From contig CAWEXO010000011.1 in the NCBI GenBank assembly GCA_963813025.1, forward strand, positions 576,001-640,000: a stretch of 64,000 bases of DNA. The letters run 5' to 3'. The notes under the pieces are model-generated. The model was given only the letters and a program-made list of their open reading frames with translations. It did not search any database and had not been told where the DNA came from. Below, piece by piece: positions 29,864 through 45,040 of this stretch. The stretch comes from an uncultured Verrucomicrobiae bacterium. Lineage in GTDB: Bacteria > Verrucomicrobiota > Verrucomicrobiia > Chthoniobacterales > JAFAMB01. The first letter of the stretch is position 1, and each line of letters opens with the position of its first letter. The position numbers and the translations under genes were made by a program.

Positions 29864-30256
29864 TCATCCCAGCACCTGCAATGCTTTTTTGAGATCGTTT
29901 GGCCGAAAGATCAACGTGCCGAGTTCCATGTGCGGTCCGCTGGCGAGGTAAGCGTACTCGATGTTTATACCGTGTTCGGCCAGCGTTTTTGCGACGGCTG
30001 ACAAGGTGCCCGGCTTATTGTCGTGCTCGACCATGAGCACTTCGTTCTCGACCACTAGGGTGCCATGAGACTCGAAAATTCCGAGCGCCTTGTGCGGATC
30101 GCTTACTACCATCCGGACCACGGCATGATCGACCGTATCCGAGATGGTGAGTCCGTAGATGTTTATCTTTTCGGCGGCCAAAGCGTCGCAAACCGCGGCC
30201 AGCGTTCCCGGTTTGTTAGCGAGAAACAGGGCGAGTTGAGTAGCAGTTTCCACCAT
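29864..30256 (-). CDS. Tandem ACT-domain protein
   Basis: QL..FL.NKPG.L......L....INI, repeated as DNKPGTL...L...GINIEYAY; 3 nt after the gltB stop. Confidence 0.88.
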   Translation of the reverse strand: MVETATQLALFLANKPGTLAAVCDALAAEKINIYGLTISDTVDHAVVRMVVSDPHKALGIFESHGTLVVENEVLMVEHDNKPGTLSAVAKTLAEHGINIEYAYLASGPHMELGTLIFRPNDLKKALQVLG

Positions 30257-30259
30257 ACT

Positions 30260-34840
<4,581 letters not shown>

Positions 34841-35014
34841 GGAGAAAAAACCCGCTGAGATTATCGTCTAAAACGGCAAAAGCAAGACAAAAAACATCTT
34901 TTTACATTAGATTTCGGTCGCCCATAAAGAACAATTTGCCTAATGTCGGTCGAAGCCAAACATGCGGCTCGCGGGAAATGGAGAGAAGGTTTTCCCGAAG
35001 CCTTCTATAGTGAC

Positions 35015-35594
35015 ATGAGAATTTTAGATGAGCAAGAGAAGGCGATCGTCCGCCAATTGATTCGCGATCCCCGCCAGTCGGATAACGCGGTGGGCGAGCG
35101 AACGGGGATAAACGTGCGAACAGTCAGCCGCAAACGGCTGCGGCTAGAACAGGAAGGAATACTGTCCTATTATCGCCAATGTCGATCTCTCCGCCGATGG
35201 CGCGCGCCAATTCATCGCGCGACATCTGTATATCATCAAGTTCCGCGTCGGCGTGACTTACAAGCAGCTGCTGGACGAGATGCGACAGGAATCGAATCAA
35301 CAACCGGTTTTCACTGAAAGTATTTACGAGAGTCACATGGCCGAGATCGACGGCAAGGTGGCGCTTCTTGTCTATGTCGATGGTGACAGCGATCTGGACA
35401 TCGTGCGCCGGGTTCACGAGGAGATTGTTCCGACGCTGTTTGAGAACCACGGAAACGATTCAATCGAAGAAATCTCGACGGTGCGATTGTTATCTCCCGT
35501 CCGCGTGATGCGGAATTATCTGCCACTCATTAATATGGCCGAAGGCTATCTCAAGCCCGAGTGGCCGTTGGAAGCCATCTACGTGGGGAAATAG
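35015..35594 (+). CDS. Lrp/AsnC-like regulator (frameshift near 35175), divergent from gltB
   Basis: LDEQEK.I...L..DPR.SDN..G...G...RTV..KR..LE..G HTH; C-terminal half in ORF 35253-35594. Confidence 0.72.
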
Positions 35595-35622
35595 CGCGGG
35601 CGGCCTCGTCCGTAGTCAGGCG

Positions 35623-36072
35623 TCAGGAGGAGCCGCGGGCTGCGGACGACTTGGTAGTCCGCTGTTCCAGGCTGGCTGCCGCGCTCTCCAACAGGGCGCG
35701 GATTTTCTGCCACTGCTGAGTGCCGATCGCCTCCAGGGCCTCTCTTTGGGCGACATGCCAATGCGGTAACGCCTGCGCTAACCGTTCGCGGCCGATCACT
35801 GTTAAATTTATCATTTTCTTGCGGCGGTCCTTGCTGGCCAGGCGCTGCACTAAACGTTGTACAAACAGCGGACGCAAATTTCGCGTTAAAGTCGTGCGGT
35901 CCATCCCCAGGAAGGCAGCCAGATCGCCAATGGAGAGGCTTCGGTTCAGTTCCACCACTGCCAGAATCGTCACCTGTTGCGACGCCAATCCGAGCTTGCC
36001 CAGGCCACGATCGTAGTGGCGAGTGATCTGTCGGGCGGCGCGACGCAAACCCAGGCAGACACATTCAGGCAT
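35623..36072 (-). CDS. MarR family regulator
   Basis: CVCL.LRRAAR.IT..YD, LA..LGMDRTTLTRNL, DRR....LT..G; start uncertain. Confidence 0.88.
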   Translation of the reverse strand: MPECVCLGLRRAARQITRHYDRGLGKLGLASQQVTILAVVELNRSLSIGDLAAFLGMDRTTLTRNLRPLFVQRLVQRLASKDRRKKMINLTVIGRERLAQALPHWHVAQREALEAIGTQQWQKIRALLESAAASLEQRTTKSSAARGSS

Positions 36073-36838
36073 TTGGCGCAGGAGACCCAAATCCGGCCCG
36101 GCCGTCTTTGGCTCCTTGCGATTGTCTGGTGAGATAGAAGGAGAGTTGGGCGATGGAGAAGACATGAAAGACCAGCACCAGCGGTACCGCTAAGGTTGGG
36201 ATCAAGACGAGCGGGAAATGCGGGAGATAAAGGCGGCTCGAGATAGGGTCCGGTCCGAAGACCAGCCGATCCAATCCCGCAAAAAAACCGATGCCGGTTC
36301 CCACGGCGATTACCAGATCAAGGATACCAAGTGCGTTCCAGGCCAAGCCCAGCCGTATCGCGCCGGCATTCGGACGTTGGAGAGCGTAGGCTGTTGGGAT
36401 GGCGGCGAGACCGACCAGCACATCGCCCCAGCCTGCCGGTAGCGCAAAAGAGGGGGGCAACTGGTGTCGGGCAAGAGCCAGCAGGAACACGCCCCCAAGG
36501 ACGCGCGTGACCTGAGCCGCCACGAGCGCATTCGGTGGAGTATCGCGCAAAATTTGCCGAACGGCTGGGAACATGAGGAGCCCGACAGCGGCAACGGGAG
36601 GCCACAAGAGGAGAAGGAGGAACCCTGGAGAGATCCCAGAAGGATGAGGGCTGAGCGACCGCAAGAGGGCGTACGCGAAATTACCGCCGATGAGGCCGGC
36701 AAAGGCAATGAAGAAAATGAATCTGTTTCTGCCGGAGATCGCGAGTTGATCGAGCGCGGCAGCGAACAGGAAGGAGGAGAGGGCGACGAGCGCGACACAA
36801 CCGGCAACGACAAGGAAACTGAGATCGAGTGAAGCCAT
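36065..36838 (-). CDS. Integral membrane protein of unknown function
   Basis: Multiple TM helices; Q..R..G..F, LP..FA.PAG.GD, WN..G..DL, FP...IP. Confidence 0.75.
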   Translation of the reverse strand: MASLDLSFLVVAGCVALVALSSFLFAAALDQLAISGRNRFIFFIAFAGLIGGNFAYALLRSLSPHPSGISPGFLLLLLWPPVAAVGLLMFPAVRQILRDTPPNALVAAQVTRVLGGVFLLALARHQLPPSFALPAGWGDVLVGLAAIPTAYALQRPNAGAIRLGLAWNALGILDLVIAVGTGIGFFAGLDRLVFGPDPISSRLYLPHFPLVLIPTLAVPLVLVFHVFSIAQLSFYLTRQSQGAKDGRAGFGSPAPNA

Positions 36839-36884
36839 ATACGTGTATATGCACGTATATTAGGGCGGAACGTTTTATCGTCAA
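36837..36884 (-). promoter_or_regulatory. Sigma70 promoter with overlapping palindromic operator (probably MarR)
   Basis: TTGACG-N16-TAATAT on the minus strand; ATATACGTG-TATATG-CACGTATAT at 36837-36860. Confidence 0.65.
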
Positions 36885-36964
36885 GTAATTTGCCAAACCG
36901 TCTTGGCTTCGACCCTGTTCCGCCGCGGCTTCCAGCCGTACGCGGACTCCCGAACTCCGAGCTT

Positions 36965-38059
36965 CTAGGCTTCCTCGCGAATTCCTTCTCCGCTCGGATA
37001 ACTGCCCAGCACTTTTACAAACGTACAATGTTTCTCGAGCTCATGAATCGCTTCGCGAACCAGCTGATCGTCGCAATGGCCTTCGATGTCGACAAAGAAA
37101 AAGTACTCCCAATTCTTTCTTTTCGAGGGCCGGCTCTCGATTTTGCTCATGCTGAGCTTGAGACTATTAAAGGGCTCGAGCGCGGCGTAAAGAGCACCAA
37201 CTCTGTCATGAACGCAGAACATCAGAGAGGTCTTGTCGTTTCCCGTCGGGGGGCAGGTCGTGTGCGAAATGACGAGAAACCGGGTCGTGTTGTTCGGGCT
37301 ATCCTGCACTGAGCGCTCAAGCACCTGCAGTCCATAGACTTCGGCCGCCATTTCTCCGGCCAGGGCTGCCGAATCAGACTCGCGAGCCGCGATTTCGGCT
37401 GCCCGCGTAGTGCTGGAGACCTCAATCTGTTCGAGGTCGCGGGCATTCTTTTGCAACCACTTCCGGCACTGGCCCAGAACCTGCGGGTGCGAATAGATTC
37501 GGCGGATCGCGTTGCGCGGACTCTTGGAGAGGAGGTGGTTTTCGATGCGAAGCAAGATCTGCGCGCAGATCTTCAGCTCCGAATCCGTAAACACGTCCAG
37601 CGTATAATTCACGGCGCCTTCAACCGAGTTTTCAATCGGAACAACCCCATAATCCGCGAGATGCCGCGTTACTTGATCAAACACGTCGCCAATATTCGGT
37701 TGGGGAGCGTAGCGGACTGAACCGCCGAACTTCGCGCGTGCCGCTTGGTGCGACCAAGTCGCTTCCGGTCCCAGATAAGAGATCGTCAGGCCTTTTTCCA
37801 GAGCGTATGATGCCGAAATAATCTCCCGGAAAATCGCGCGAATGGCGAGCGGAGGGAGACGTCCTTTGCTGCGCTTGAGCAAGGTTTGAAAAAGAGCTTC
37901 CTCGCGCTCCGGCGCAAAGATGGAGAGGCCGGACTGTTTTTTCAGCAACCCAACTTCGTGAACCAGGTCGGCGCGTTGATTCAAGAGTCGAAGCAAGTGA
38001 CTATCAACCTCGTCAATCTGTTTGCGGATCTCCGTCAAGGATATTTTTGCTCGCTCCAC
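36965..38059 (-). CDS. pheA: Chorismate mutase/prephenate dehydratase
   Basis: IR.QID.VD, LGPE.T.SH.A, PIENS.EG.V, SHPQ, N.TRF, IESRPS; GTG start after a GGAGG SD. Confidence 0.94.
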   Translation of the reverse strand: MERAKISLTEIRKQIDEVDSHLLRLLNQRADLVHEVGLLKKQSGLSIFAPEREEALFQTLLKRSKGRLPPLAIRAIFREIISASYALEKGLTISYLGPEATWSHQAARAKFGGSVRYAPQPNIGDVFDQVTRHLADYGVVPIENSVEGAVNYTLDVFTDSELKICAQILLRIENHLLSKSPRNAIRRIYSHPQVLGQCRKWLQKNARDLEQIEVSSTTRAAEIAARESDSAALAGEMAAEVYGLQVLERSVQDSPNNTTRFLVISHTTCPPTGNDKTSLMFCVHDRVGALYAALEPFNSLKLSMSKIESRPSKRKNWEYFFFVDIEGHCDDQLVREAIHELEKHCTFVKVLGSYPSGEGIREEA

Positions 38060-38750
38060 TTTCTTCCTCCGATGAATGTCCCGACAAACCGGCTGGGTCA
38101 ACAGTTGTTCTGGCTGCTGGCTGTGATTGGATCAGCTCCGGTGTGTTGTGTTTTGCACCAGCATTGACGGTTCCGGCTGTTTTTGCGACGAGTTCCGAAA
38201 TTTGACGGAGCTCATGAGCGTTGGGCAAGTCCTGCAGTGAGTTCAGACCAAAATGCTCGAGGAAATGGTGTGTAGTTTCGTAAAGGAGGGGACGCCCGGG
38301 GATCTCAGCGCGTCCAGCTATTTTGCTCAAGCCTGCATCCAAAAGCTTCTGTAAGACCCCGTCGACGCTGACTCCGCGAATCGCCTCGATGTCGGCCTTG
38401 GTGATTGGCTGGCGATACGCGATGATCGCGAGAGTCTCCAGAGCGGGCGGGCTGAGGCGGTTCGGGCGCAGATCAGGATAGAGCTGCCGAATCCAGACGG
38501 CGTATTCCGCTCGCGAGGTAAGCTGCCAGCCCCCCGCGCGCTGAACCAACTGAAAAGCGTGCCCGTCCTTTTCGTACTGTTCGGCCAAGCCCTGAAGCGC
38601 TTGTCCGACAGTGTCTTCATTTACCGTGGATACCGGCGGATTCTCGGCGCATTCCGCCGCGCCACGGATAGCTTGTTCGATCTGCTGCTCGGTAAGAGGT
38701 CCGGAAGCGCTGAACAGGAGCGCCTCGATAATGCAGTTCAGTGTGACCAT
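38013..38750 (-). CDS. scpB: SMC-Scp complex subunit ScpB
   Basis: IEALLF, LS..ALETLAIIAYRQPIT..IE.IRGV, GRP.LY.TT..FL..FGL..L..LP. Confidence 0.93.
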   Translation of the reverse strand: MVTLNCIIEALLFSASGPLTEQQIEQAIRGAAECAENPPVSTVNEDTVGQALQGLAEQYEKDGHAFQLVQRAGGWQLTSRAEYAVWIRQLYPDLRPNRLSPPALETLAIIAYRQPITKADIEAIRGVSVDGVLQKLLDAGLSKIAGRAEIPGRPLLYETTHHFLEHFGLNSLQDLPNAHELRQISELVAKTAGTVNAGAKHNTPELIQSQPAARTTVDPAGLSGHSSEEESGASKNILDGDPQTD

Positions 38751-38948
38751 GGACGATGATTCGGGGAATCTGAGGAAGTTCAAGGAAGTTCGAGGAAGTT
38801 CAAGGATCCAGGATTGCCTCGGCGCGGTCCAGTTCTTCTTCTACAGCATAAAAAGCATCGTCTCCATTCAACCCGGAGACGGCAGAATGGCTACCCCTGC
38901 GCCGCATCATCGCCTTTTTTGGTCTTTTTTACTTCGGGCCTAGTTGTG

Positions 38949-39701
38949 TCAGGTCGCCAGAAATCCGCCGTCGATCCGCAAGGCGAGAGCGTTCAGCATG
39001 GACGCACCGTCGCTCAGGAGGAAACAGACGACGGACGCCACCTCCGAGCATTCCGCAAACCGCCGCAAAGGAATGCGAGCGAGCATGGGTCCTCCCTTAT
39101 CGGGATCGGTCCAGGCGCGTTTGCCCATTTCTGTCAGAACCACTGTGGGATTCACGGAGTTGACCCTTATACCATACTCGCCAAGCTCGACCGCCATGAC
39201 CTTGGTGAGCTGGTCCAGACCCGCTTTGGAAGCGCAATACGTGGCGTGATCTCGCAGCGCCTGAAAAGCCGCCATGCTCGAGACGTTGACAATTGAGCCG
39301 GCCACCTTGCGTGCAATCATGCCGCGAGCGACAACCTGAGAGAGAAGCAAGATGGAACGCAGATTCACCGCCATCGTGCGGTTAAAATTCTCCTCGGTTG
39401 TATCGAGGAACGACTGCAGAATCGCGATTCCCGCGTTGTTGACGAGCAGGTCGATCTCGCCGGCTTGCTGCGCCGCCCGCCGGATCTGACCCGAGTCCTC
39501 AAGGTCGGCAACGATGGTTTCGCACTTGATCTGGTCTTGTAAACTATCCAGGTCGGAGCGGGTTCGACTGAGCCCGACGACTTGGGCATTGGACCGGGCC
39601 AGCATGACGGCTATTTCTCGCCCGATGCCTTTGCCGGCGCCGGTGACGAGGGCACGGCGCCCCTTAAAATCGAGCTGCTCGGTAATGGGAGGAAAATTCA
39701 T
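38949..39701 (-). CDS. SDR, L-xylulose/erythrulose reductase (DCXR-like)
   Basis: TGAGKGIG, NNAG, YCASK, RVNSVNPTVVLT.MG...W.D. Confidence 0.85.
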   Translation of the reverse strand: MNFPPITEQLDFKGRRALVTGAGKGIGREIAVMLARSNAQVVGLSRTRSDLDSLQDQIKCETIVADLEDSGQIRRAAQQAGEIDLLVNNAGIAILQSFLDTTEENFNRTMAVNLRSILLLSQVVARGMIARKVAGSIVNVSSMAAFQALRDHATYCASKAGLDQLTKVMAVELGEYGIRVNSVNPTVVLTEMGKRAWTDPDKGGPMLARIPLRRFAECSEVASVVCFLLSDGASMLNALALRIDGGFLAT

Positions 39702-39805
39702 ACGAGACTAGCATGAGATATGGCACGACGACCAGCATCGCGCAAAACGCTGACTTCGCAGCCGCTGGACCTTACGCGTAGCTCATGAAATGTTCGGGGA
39801 AGCAC

Positions 39806-40762
39806 ATGGCAATGCTTCCCCGAAAAAAGACGAGCGCCGTTGCGGTACGGTCGGGCAGCCTGGAATTTGTCAAGATCAATACTGCGCGATACGACTTCCG
39901 AGACCTTTATCACCTGGTATTGACATTATCCTGGCCGGCGTTTTCGGCGGTGGTCTTTATTGTCTATCTCCTGCTTAACTTTATTTTTGCCGGCCTTTAT
40001 TTAGTCGGCGGGAACGCGATCGCTGAGCTCCCGCCCGGATCCTTTCTCGAAGCATTTTTCTTCAGTGTTGAAACCCTGGCGACCGTCGGATACGGGCATA
40101 TGTACCCGGTTACTCTGTACGGCCACTGCATCGCGACCCTCGAGATTATCATCGGTATGTTTGGTCTGGCGGTGATTACCGGCCTCATCTTTGTCCGTTT
40201 TTCCCGCCCGACCGCCCGGATCCTCTTCAGCGAATCCGCCGTGATCACGCTCTTCGACGGGGTTCCGACTCTAATGCTGCGCGTTGCAAATCTCCGGCAT
40301 CAAGCGATGGCCGAAGCAGATTTTCGGATCATGCTGCTCCGGAACGAGCCGATCCGAGAGGGCGATTTCTTCCGGAAATTCTATCCTTTGAAGCTGTCTT
40401 TCGATCACCTGATCATGTTCCCGGTCGCTCTCACCCTGCGACACCCGATTGACGAGAGCAGCCCGTTGTTTGGGATGGGACCGGAAGATCTGGAACGCAC
40501 CGATGTGCGGATTTTGGCTTCAATCGTTTGCGTCGATACCGTCATCCAGGCCCCGGTCCAAAGCCAGGCCGACTACGGCTGGCAGAAAATCCTTTGGAAT
40601 AAACGCTTTGTCGAAATCTATACCGAGGGGGCGGACGGTAGGTACACGGTCGATTATGGCCGAATTCATGAGGTTGAGCCGGTGCCTCCGAGCGATGTTA
40701 TACCGGGGATTAATTTGTCCATCGACGCGGACAAGTCCTTTGAGCCGATCCCATCTGAGTGA
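39806..40762 (+). CDS. Prokaryotic inward-rectifier K+ channel (KirBac)
   Basis: Filter FFFSVETLATVGYG.MYP, F.RFSRP.A, PTLM.R.AN.R, H.IDE.SPL. Confidence 0.92.
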   Translation: MAMLPRKKTSAVAVRSGSLEFVKINTARYDFRDLYHLVLTLSWPAFSAVVFIVYLLLNFIFAGLYLVGGNAIAELPPGSFLEAFFFSVETLATVGYGHMYPVTLYGHCIATLEIIIGMFGLAVITGLIFVRFSRPTARILFSESAVITLFDGVPTLMLRVANLRHQAMAEADFRIMLLRNEPIREGDFFRKFYPLKLSFDHLIMFPVALTLRHPIDESSPLFGMGPEDLERTDVRILASIVCVDTVIQAPVQSQADYGWQKILWNKRFVEIYTEGADGRYTVDYGRIHEVEPVPPSDVIPGINLSIDADKSFEPIPSE

Positions 40763-40787
40763 TCCCGGCCCAGAGGCCGGATGAAAC

Positions 40788-41690
40788 TTACAGCGATCCG
40801 CGCATGGCCGCGAGGTTTCGTTTCATCTCCGCAACACGGCCGTTATGCTGTTCGCCGCGTCGAATGACCACGCAGGTTGCCAAGACATCAATCAGGGTGA
40901 GCGTCGCTAACCTCGATGTTGTTGGCGTGTATATATCGGTATTTTCGAGCGTTTCAACCAACAGGACAACGGTGCAATGATCCATCAATGGGCTTTTCTT
41001 TCCGGTAATACCTAAAACCGATGCACCATTCTTCGCCGCCGTCTTTGCGGCCTCGATCACCCCTCGGGTTCGACCTGTATTTGAGATGGCAACAACGACA
41101 TCTCCACGAGCCACCATCGAAGCGGCGATAAACTGCTGATGAGAGTCGCAATGGGCCATGCAGGGAACACCGAAGAGAGGAAATTTTTGTTGGGCATCCA
41201 GCGCGGCAATCCCGGAAGCACCAAACCCGAAAAACTCGATTCGGTTAGCGCCCACGAGCAACTGAACCGCACGTTCGAGTGCTCGCAGATCGAGCTGTTT
41301 TCGAGCCCAATCGAGACTGTTCATACTGTAATCAAAGATCTTCTCAGCGACATCGCTGACGGAATCACCCGGCAGGATTACCGAATGCGTAGCCGGCATC
41401 CCAAGAGCGACGCTTTGGGCAAGGCGCACCTTGAATTCTTGAAAACCACCAAAACCCAGTGCCTCGCAGAACCGGATCACGGTAGGTTCGCTTACACCGG
41501 CGCGGGTCGCGGTCTGATCGACTGTCCCATTGAGAACAAAGTCCGGCGCGGCGAGCGTCAGTTCCGCCACTTTCCGGTCAGAAGGCCGCAGGGCGGACAG
41601 GCAGGTCGAGATGGTCTCAAGCAAGTTGCGATTGAGATCGATTGGAATTGGTGGTCGCGGAGGTCTAGGCACCGGGGATGCTTTCAACAA
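40788..41690 (-). CDS. RpiR/HexR family regulator (HTH plus SIS)
   Basis: VSEPTV.RFC..LG..GF..FK, FFGFGAS, IS.TG.T, YTP..SR. Confidence 0.92.
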   Translation of the reverse strand: MLKASPVPRPPRPPIPIDLNRNLLETISTCLSALRPSDRKVAELTLAAPDFVLNGTVDQTATRAGVSEPTVIRFCEALGFGGFQEFKVRLAQSVALGMPATHSVILPGDSVSDVAEKIFDYSMNSLDWARKQLDLRALERAVQLLVGANRIEFFGFGASGIAALDAQQKFPLFGVPCMAHCDSHQQFIAASMVARGDVVVAISNTGRTRGVIEAAKTAAKNGASVLGITGKKSPLMDHCTVVLLVETLENTDIYTPTTSRLATLTLIDVLATCVVIRRGEQHNGRVAEMKRNLAAMRGSL

Positions 41691-41710
41691 GTCACTAACA
41701 TTTTCATCAT

Positions 41711-42649
41711 TTAATGACTGGCCTGCGTGGCGATCTCGGAAAGCCTGGCAAAACTGTCGGGATCAATCTCGATCTTGAATACATCGCCTATCACGCAGGT
41801 CCATCCATGGATGAAATAGTCCCAACCATCGTAGATGCTCAGCTCTTTAGCCGTTTGCTGAGCTCGAGCTTGCTTTAAAAAATCGAGTTCGCCGCGATAG
41901 TTCAGCTCCCAGACGATCGCCCGGTCAGGGAATTCGGCGCTGTCGCGAATGGGTGAGCCTGGCCGGTCTTTGCCCAATCCGGTCGCGTTGATAACCAATG
42001 AACCGGGTCGCAAACGACCGAGCAAACGGTCGCTCTCGTCCGGGTTGCTGACCAATCGAGTCTCCAATCGATCAGACTGCACCAGCTTCGTAAGGTGCGT
42101 TAAGCGACTCAACGAAATATCCGAGACATAGACATGATCCGGGCGCCCAAGCCGATGCTCACCATAAAGCAGGAACCAAAGGATAGCGACGCCGGCCCCT
42201 CCCGCCCCAAAGCAAAGCACATCTGCTGTGCCACGATCCCAGTAACCCTCGGGGAGCATCTGGACCAGGGTCCGACCGGCCGAGATCGGATCTTTCGCCT
42301 GCGCAACCAAACGGTTCTCCCGTTTGGAGATAGAGCTAACTTCTTGCATTAATTCGGCAAACCGGTCTCGCTCGTCAAACAGGTCGGAGCACGCCTGAAA
42401 AAGATCGATCTTGTGGGTAGTAACTAAGGCGCCATACGACAGCAGATCCTGCCGGATGAAACAGATAACATCCCGGTACTTTTTCGCATCGGCATGAAGC
42501 GGCAAATCGATCCCTCGAAGCTGAGCATCGCGCAATCCCAGTTCTTTTGCCCACTCCGGAAATACTTTGCGAATCGATGAATACCGCGTCGATACCCCTA
42601 TAAAATACATGGTCGGGGCCTCCGCCCGGGCCAGACGGGTTGCATCCAT
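41711..42649 (-). CDS. Shikimate dehydrogenase-like oxidoreductase (substrate unknown)
   Basis: GALVTTHK, GAGGAG, INATGLGKD.PGSP, WELNYRG, DGW.YF.HGW. Confidence 0.75.
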   Translation of the reverse strand: MDATRLARAEAPTMYFIGVSTRYSSIRKVFPEWAKELGLRDAQLRGIDLPLHADAKKYRDVICFIRQDLLSYGALVTTHKIDLFQACSDLFDERDRFAELMQEVSSISKRENRLVAQAKDPISAGRTLVQMLPEGYWDRGTADVLCFGAGGAGVAILWFLLYGEHRLGRPDHVYVSDISLSRLTHLTKLVQSDRLETRLVSNPDESDRLLGRLRPGSLVINATGLGKDRPGSPIRDSAEFPDRAIVWELNYRGELDFLKQARAQQTAKELSIYDGWDYFIHGWTCVIGDVFKIEIDPDSFARLSEIATQASH

Positions 42650-42898
42650 ATGGATTCAGGTTTCGGCCGCCCTGCGAACGTCGGCTGCGACAGATTCCCG
42701 AATCGCGCTCCGGTTCTGATCGCGAATCCATTGCTGCCTGCCAGAGAGCCGAGAGATTGCGAGCGCTATCGCAGCGGGTTCCTTCAGGCAGCGCCGCAGC
42801 TTGCTCACATTCCTCGTAAAGACAAAGCGGGTCATAGCGAATCGCCACAAAAACGTCTGGACGCCGTGATAAAAGACAGCCAATTATTTCACTGTTAG

Positions 42899-45022
42899 CG
42901 TAGCAATACAACAAAAACAATTCAACGCACTGAACGGTACGCTCGAAAAAGATGTTTCGGTTTCGGCGCGCCTTGCCAAAGCCCGCTCGCATTGATGCGC
43001 ATAACTTGAAGAAACTGACGACCGTGAAAACACCTTTTCCCAGGAGCAATACTACGTGCTTAGGCTAGTCCCGATTTTTAGCGCCTGCTGCCGCGAGCAA
43101 CCGGAGCGGCGTAGTCCGTTGATGCACAATACGACATGCTCAAACGGATCGCCGATGCCGGCCCGATGCAGACCGGGTCCCGGGCGGGATCGAGCAGCGG
43201 GTGGGCCCGTTGATTTGCGCGCCCAAAAGCCGATTTTCTAGCGCGTACCAATGCCTCCAAATTATGGCCTCTAATTCCAAGGATCTACTCCTGGCTGTCG
43301 ATGTCGGTACTGGCAGCATACGCGCGGCCCTGGTTAACGGTGTCGGCCAGATCGTCGCATTCGCCGGATCCGAACACGATCAGATCGTTCCAAGTTTTGG
43401 CTGGGCTGAACAGCGTCCGTCCGACTGGTGGAGAGGGGTGGTTGGTTGTATCCGATCAGTTCTAAACCAGACTGATAATTCTGCCGGGCGGGTCGCCGCA
43501 GTTTGCTGCTGCGGACAGATGCATGGAACCGTATTGCTCGGTGCGGATGGCTTACCGGTGGTCGATTATGCTCCACTCTGGAACGATAAACGTACGAAAG
43601 ACGTACTCGAATCGTTTGCCGAGCAACACGATCCGCAGCACCTGCTTCCGCTAACCGGCAATCCACCGGCCACGGCTTGGCCAGCTTTCAAGCTCCTCTG
43701 GTTCAAACAAAACCGCCCCGACGTGTATTCCAAAGCGGTACGCATGCTGATCGCCAAGGATTACATCAACTACCGCTTAACTGGTGAACAAGCGATTGAC
43801 CATCCGGAGGCGTCCACCACTTACCTTTACGATGTTGGCACTCGGACGTGGAGCGAAGAGCTAGCTCAGCTCTTCGGGATCAATCCCGGGCTTCTGCCGG
43901 CGATCCGGGCACCTACCGATCTTGTCGGTGCAATTTCAAAACAAACGGCTACGGAAACCGGCTTGTGTGCGGGAACACCGGTTGCAGTCGGCGCCGGCGA
44001 CTTTCCAGTGACGCTGCTCGGATCGGGGGTTAGCCGGATCGGCATCGGTTCGGACTCCACGGGCACTTCGACCTTGTTATCTCTTCAGACCTGCGAAGCG
44101 GTACTCCATCCCATCATCAGCAATGTCTTGGGGATCGACGAAGGCTGGGCGGCGTTCACGATTCTGGACGCTGGCGGCGACGCGATGCGTTGGGCGCGCC
44201 GCGCCTTTCACGACAACCAGGTGAGTTATGATCAGGTGGTCAAGCTAGCACAGAGCGCCCCTGCTGGTTCGGGCGGCTTAATCTTTCTTCCCTATTTGAA
44301 CGGTGAACGTCTTGGTTCGAGGACCAACGCCCGGGCACAGTTCTTCGGGCTAACTTACGCGCACGGCAGCGGCCATCTGCATCGGGCGGTAATGGAAGGA
44401 GTGGCTTTCGCCTCACGCCGCAACCTCCACATCATGGCGAAGAGCGGTAATCGAATCGATTACCTTATAGCGAGTGGCGGAGGAGCAAAGACGCAACTCT
44501 GGCTCGAGATCAAGGCGAGCATTTACCAGACGCCGATTCGTACGACCAGGCATCAGGAATCGAGCATGCTTGGTTGTGCCATGATCGCCGGCACTGCGGT
44601 GGGAGTGTTTAAGTCCCTGCGTGACGCCACCAATCAGCTCGTTCATCTTGACGCGAGTATCGAACCAAATGCCGATTGGGTTCCACGATACGAACACCTA
44701 GGACGGTTGTTTGATCGGATCTATGACGACGCAGCACCATATTATCTGGCGCTGGACGAGTATGGTAGACAGGAGTAGGACAAGCCCGTGCTCGAAAATC
44801 GAGCAAAAATGATGAAGAATATTTTGAATTCTGATTTCATGATGTAGTATTGCTACGTCCGTGTTCGGGTAATTTTTACCTGATGATCTAGATCTCTGCC
44901 ACTCCCCCTGAACCATGCACCAAAAATCTTTCCCTATCCCTTGTGTCAAGGCGCTTATTTCCCTTACCGATCCTCCTGTTCCTGTAAGCATGCCGCCCGA
45001 ATCATGCGGTAGCAACATTACA
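42899..45022. promoter_or_regulatory. Four HexR/RpiR-type 15-bp operator sites
   Basis: CGTAGCAATACAACA (42899), AGGAGCAATACTACG (43042), TGTAGTATTGCTACG (44843), GGTAGCAACATTACA (45008); all intergenic. Confidence 0.62.
43264..44778 (+). CDS. FGGY carbohydrate kinase (xylulokinase-like)
   Basis: DVGTGS, GQMHG, WND.R, KDY..Y.LTG, FLPYL.GER, GGGA. Confidence 0.92.
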   Translation: MASNSKDLLLAVDVGTGSIRAALVNGVGQIVAFAGSEHDQIVPSFGWAEQRPSDWWRGVVGCIRSVLNQTDNSAGRVAAVCCCGQMHGTVLLGADGLPVVDYAPLWNDKRTKDVLESFAEQHDPQHLLPLTGNPPATAWPAFKLLWFKQNRPDVYSKAVRMLIAKDYINYRLTGEQAIDHPEASTTYLYDVGTRTWSEELAQLFGINPGLLPAIRAPTDLVGAISKQTATETGLCAGTPVAVGAGDFPVTLLGSGVSRIGIGSDSTGTSTLLSLQTCEAVLHPIISNVLGIDEGWAAFTILDAGGDAMRWARRAFHDNQVSYDQVVKLAQSAPAGSGGLIFLPYLNGERLGSRTNARAQFFGLTYAHGSGHLHRAVMEGVAFASRRNLHIMAKSGNRIDYLIASGGGAKTQLWLEIKASIYQTPIRTTRHQESSMLGCAMIAGTAVGVFKSLRDATNQLVHLDASIEPNADWVPRYEHLGRLFDRIYDDAAPYYLALDEYGRQE

Positions 45023-45040
45023 GAAACCAAGGAGGAGAGG

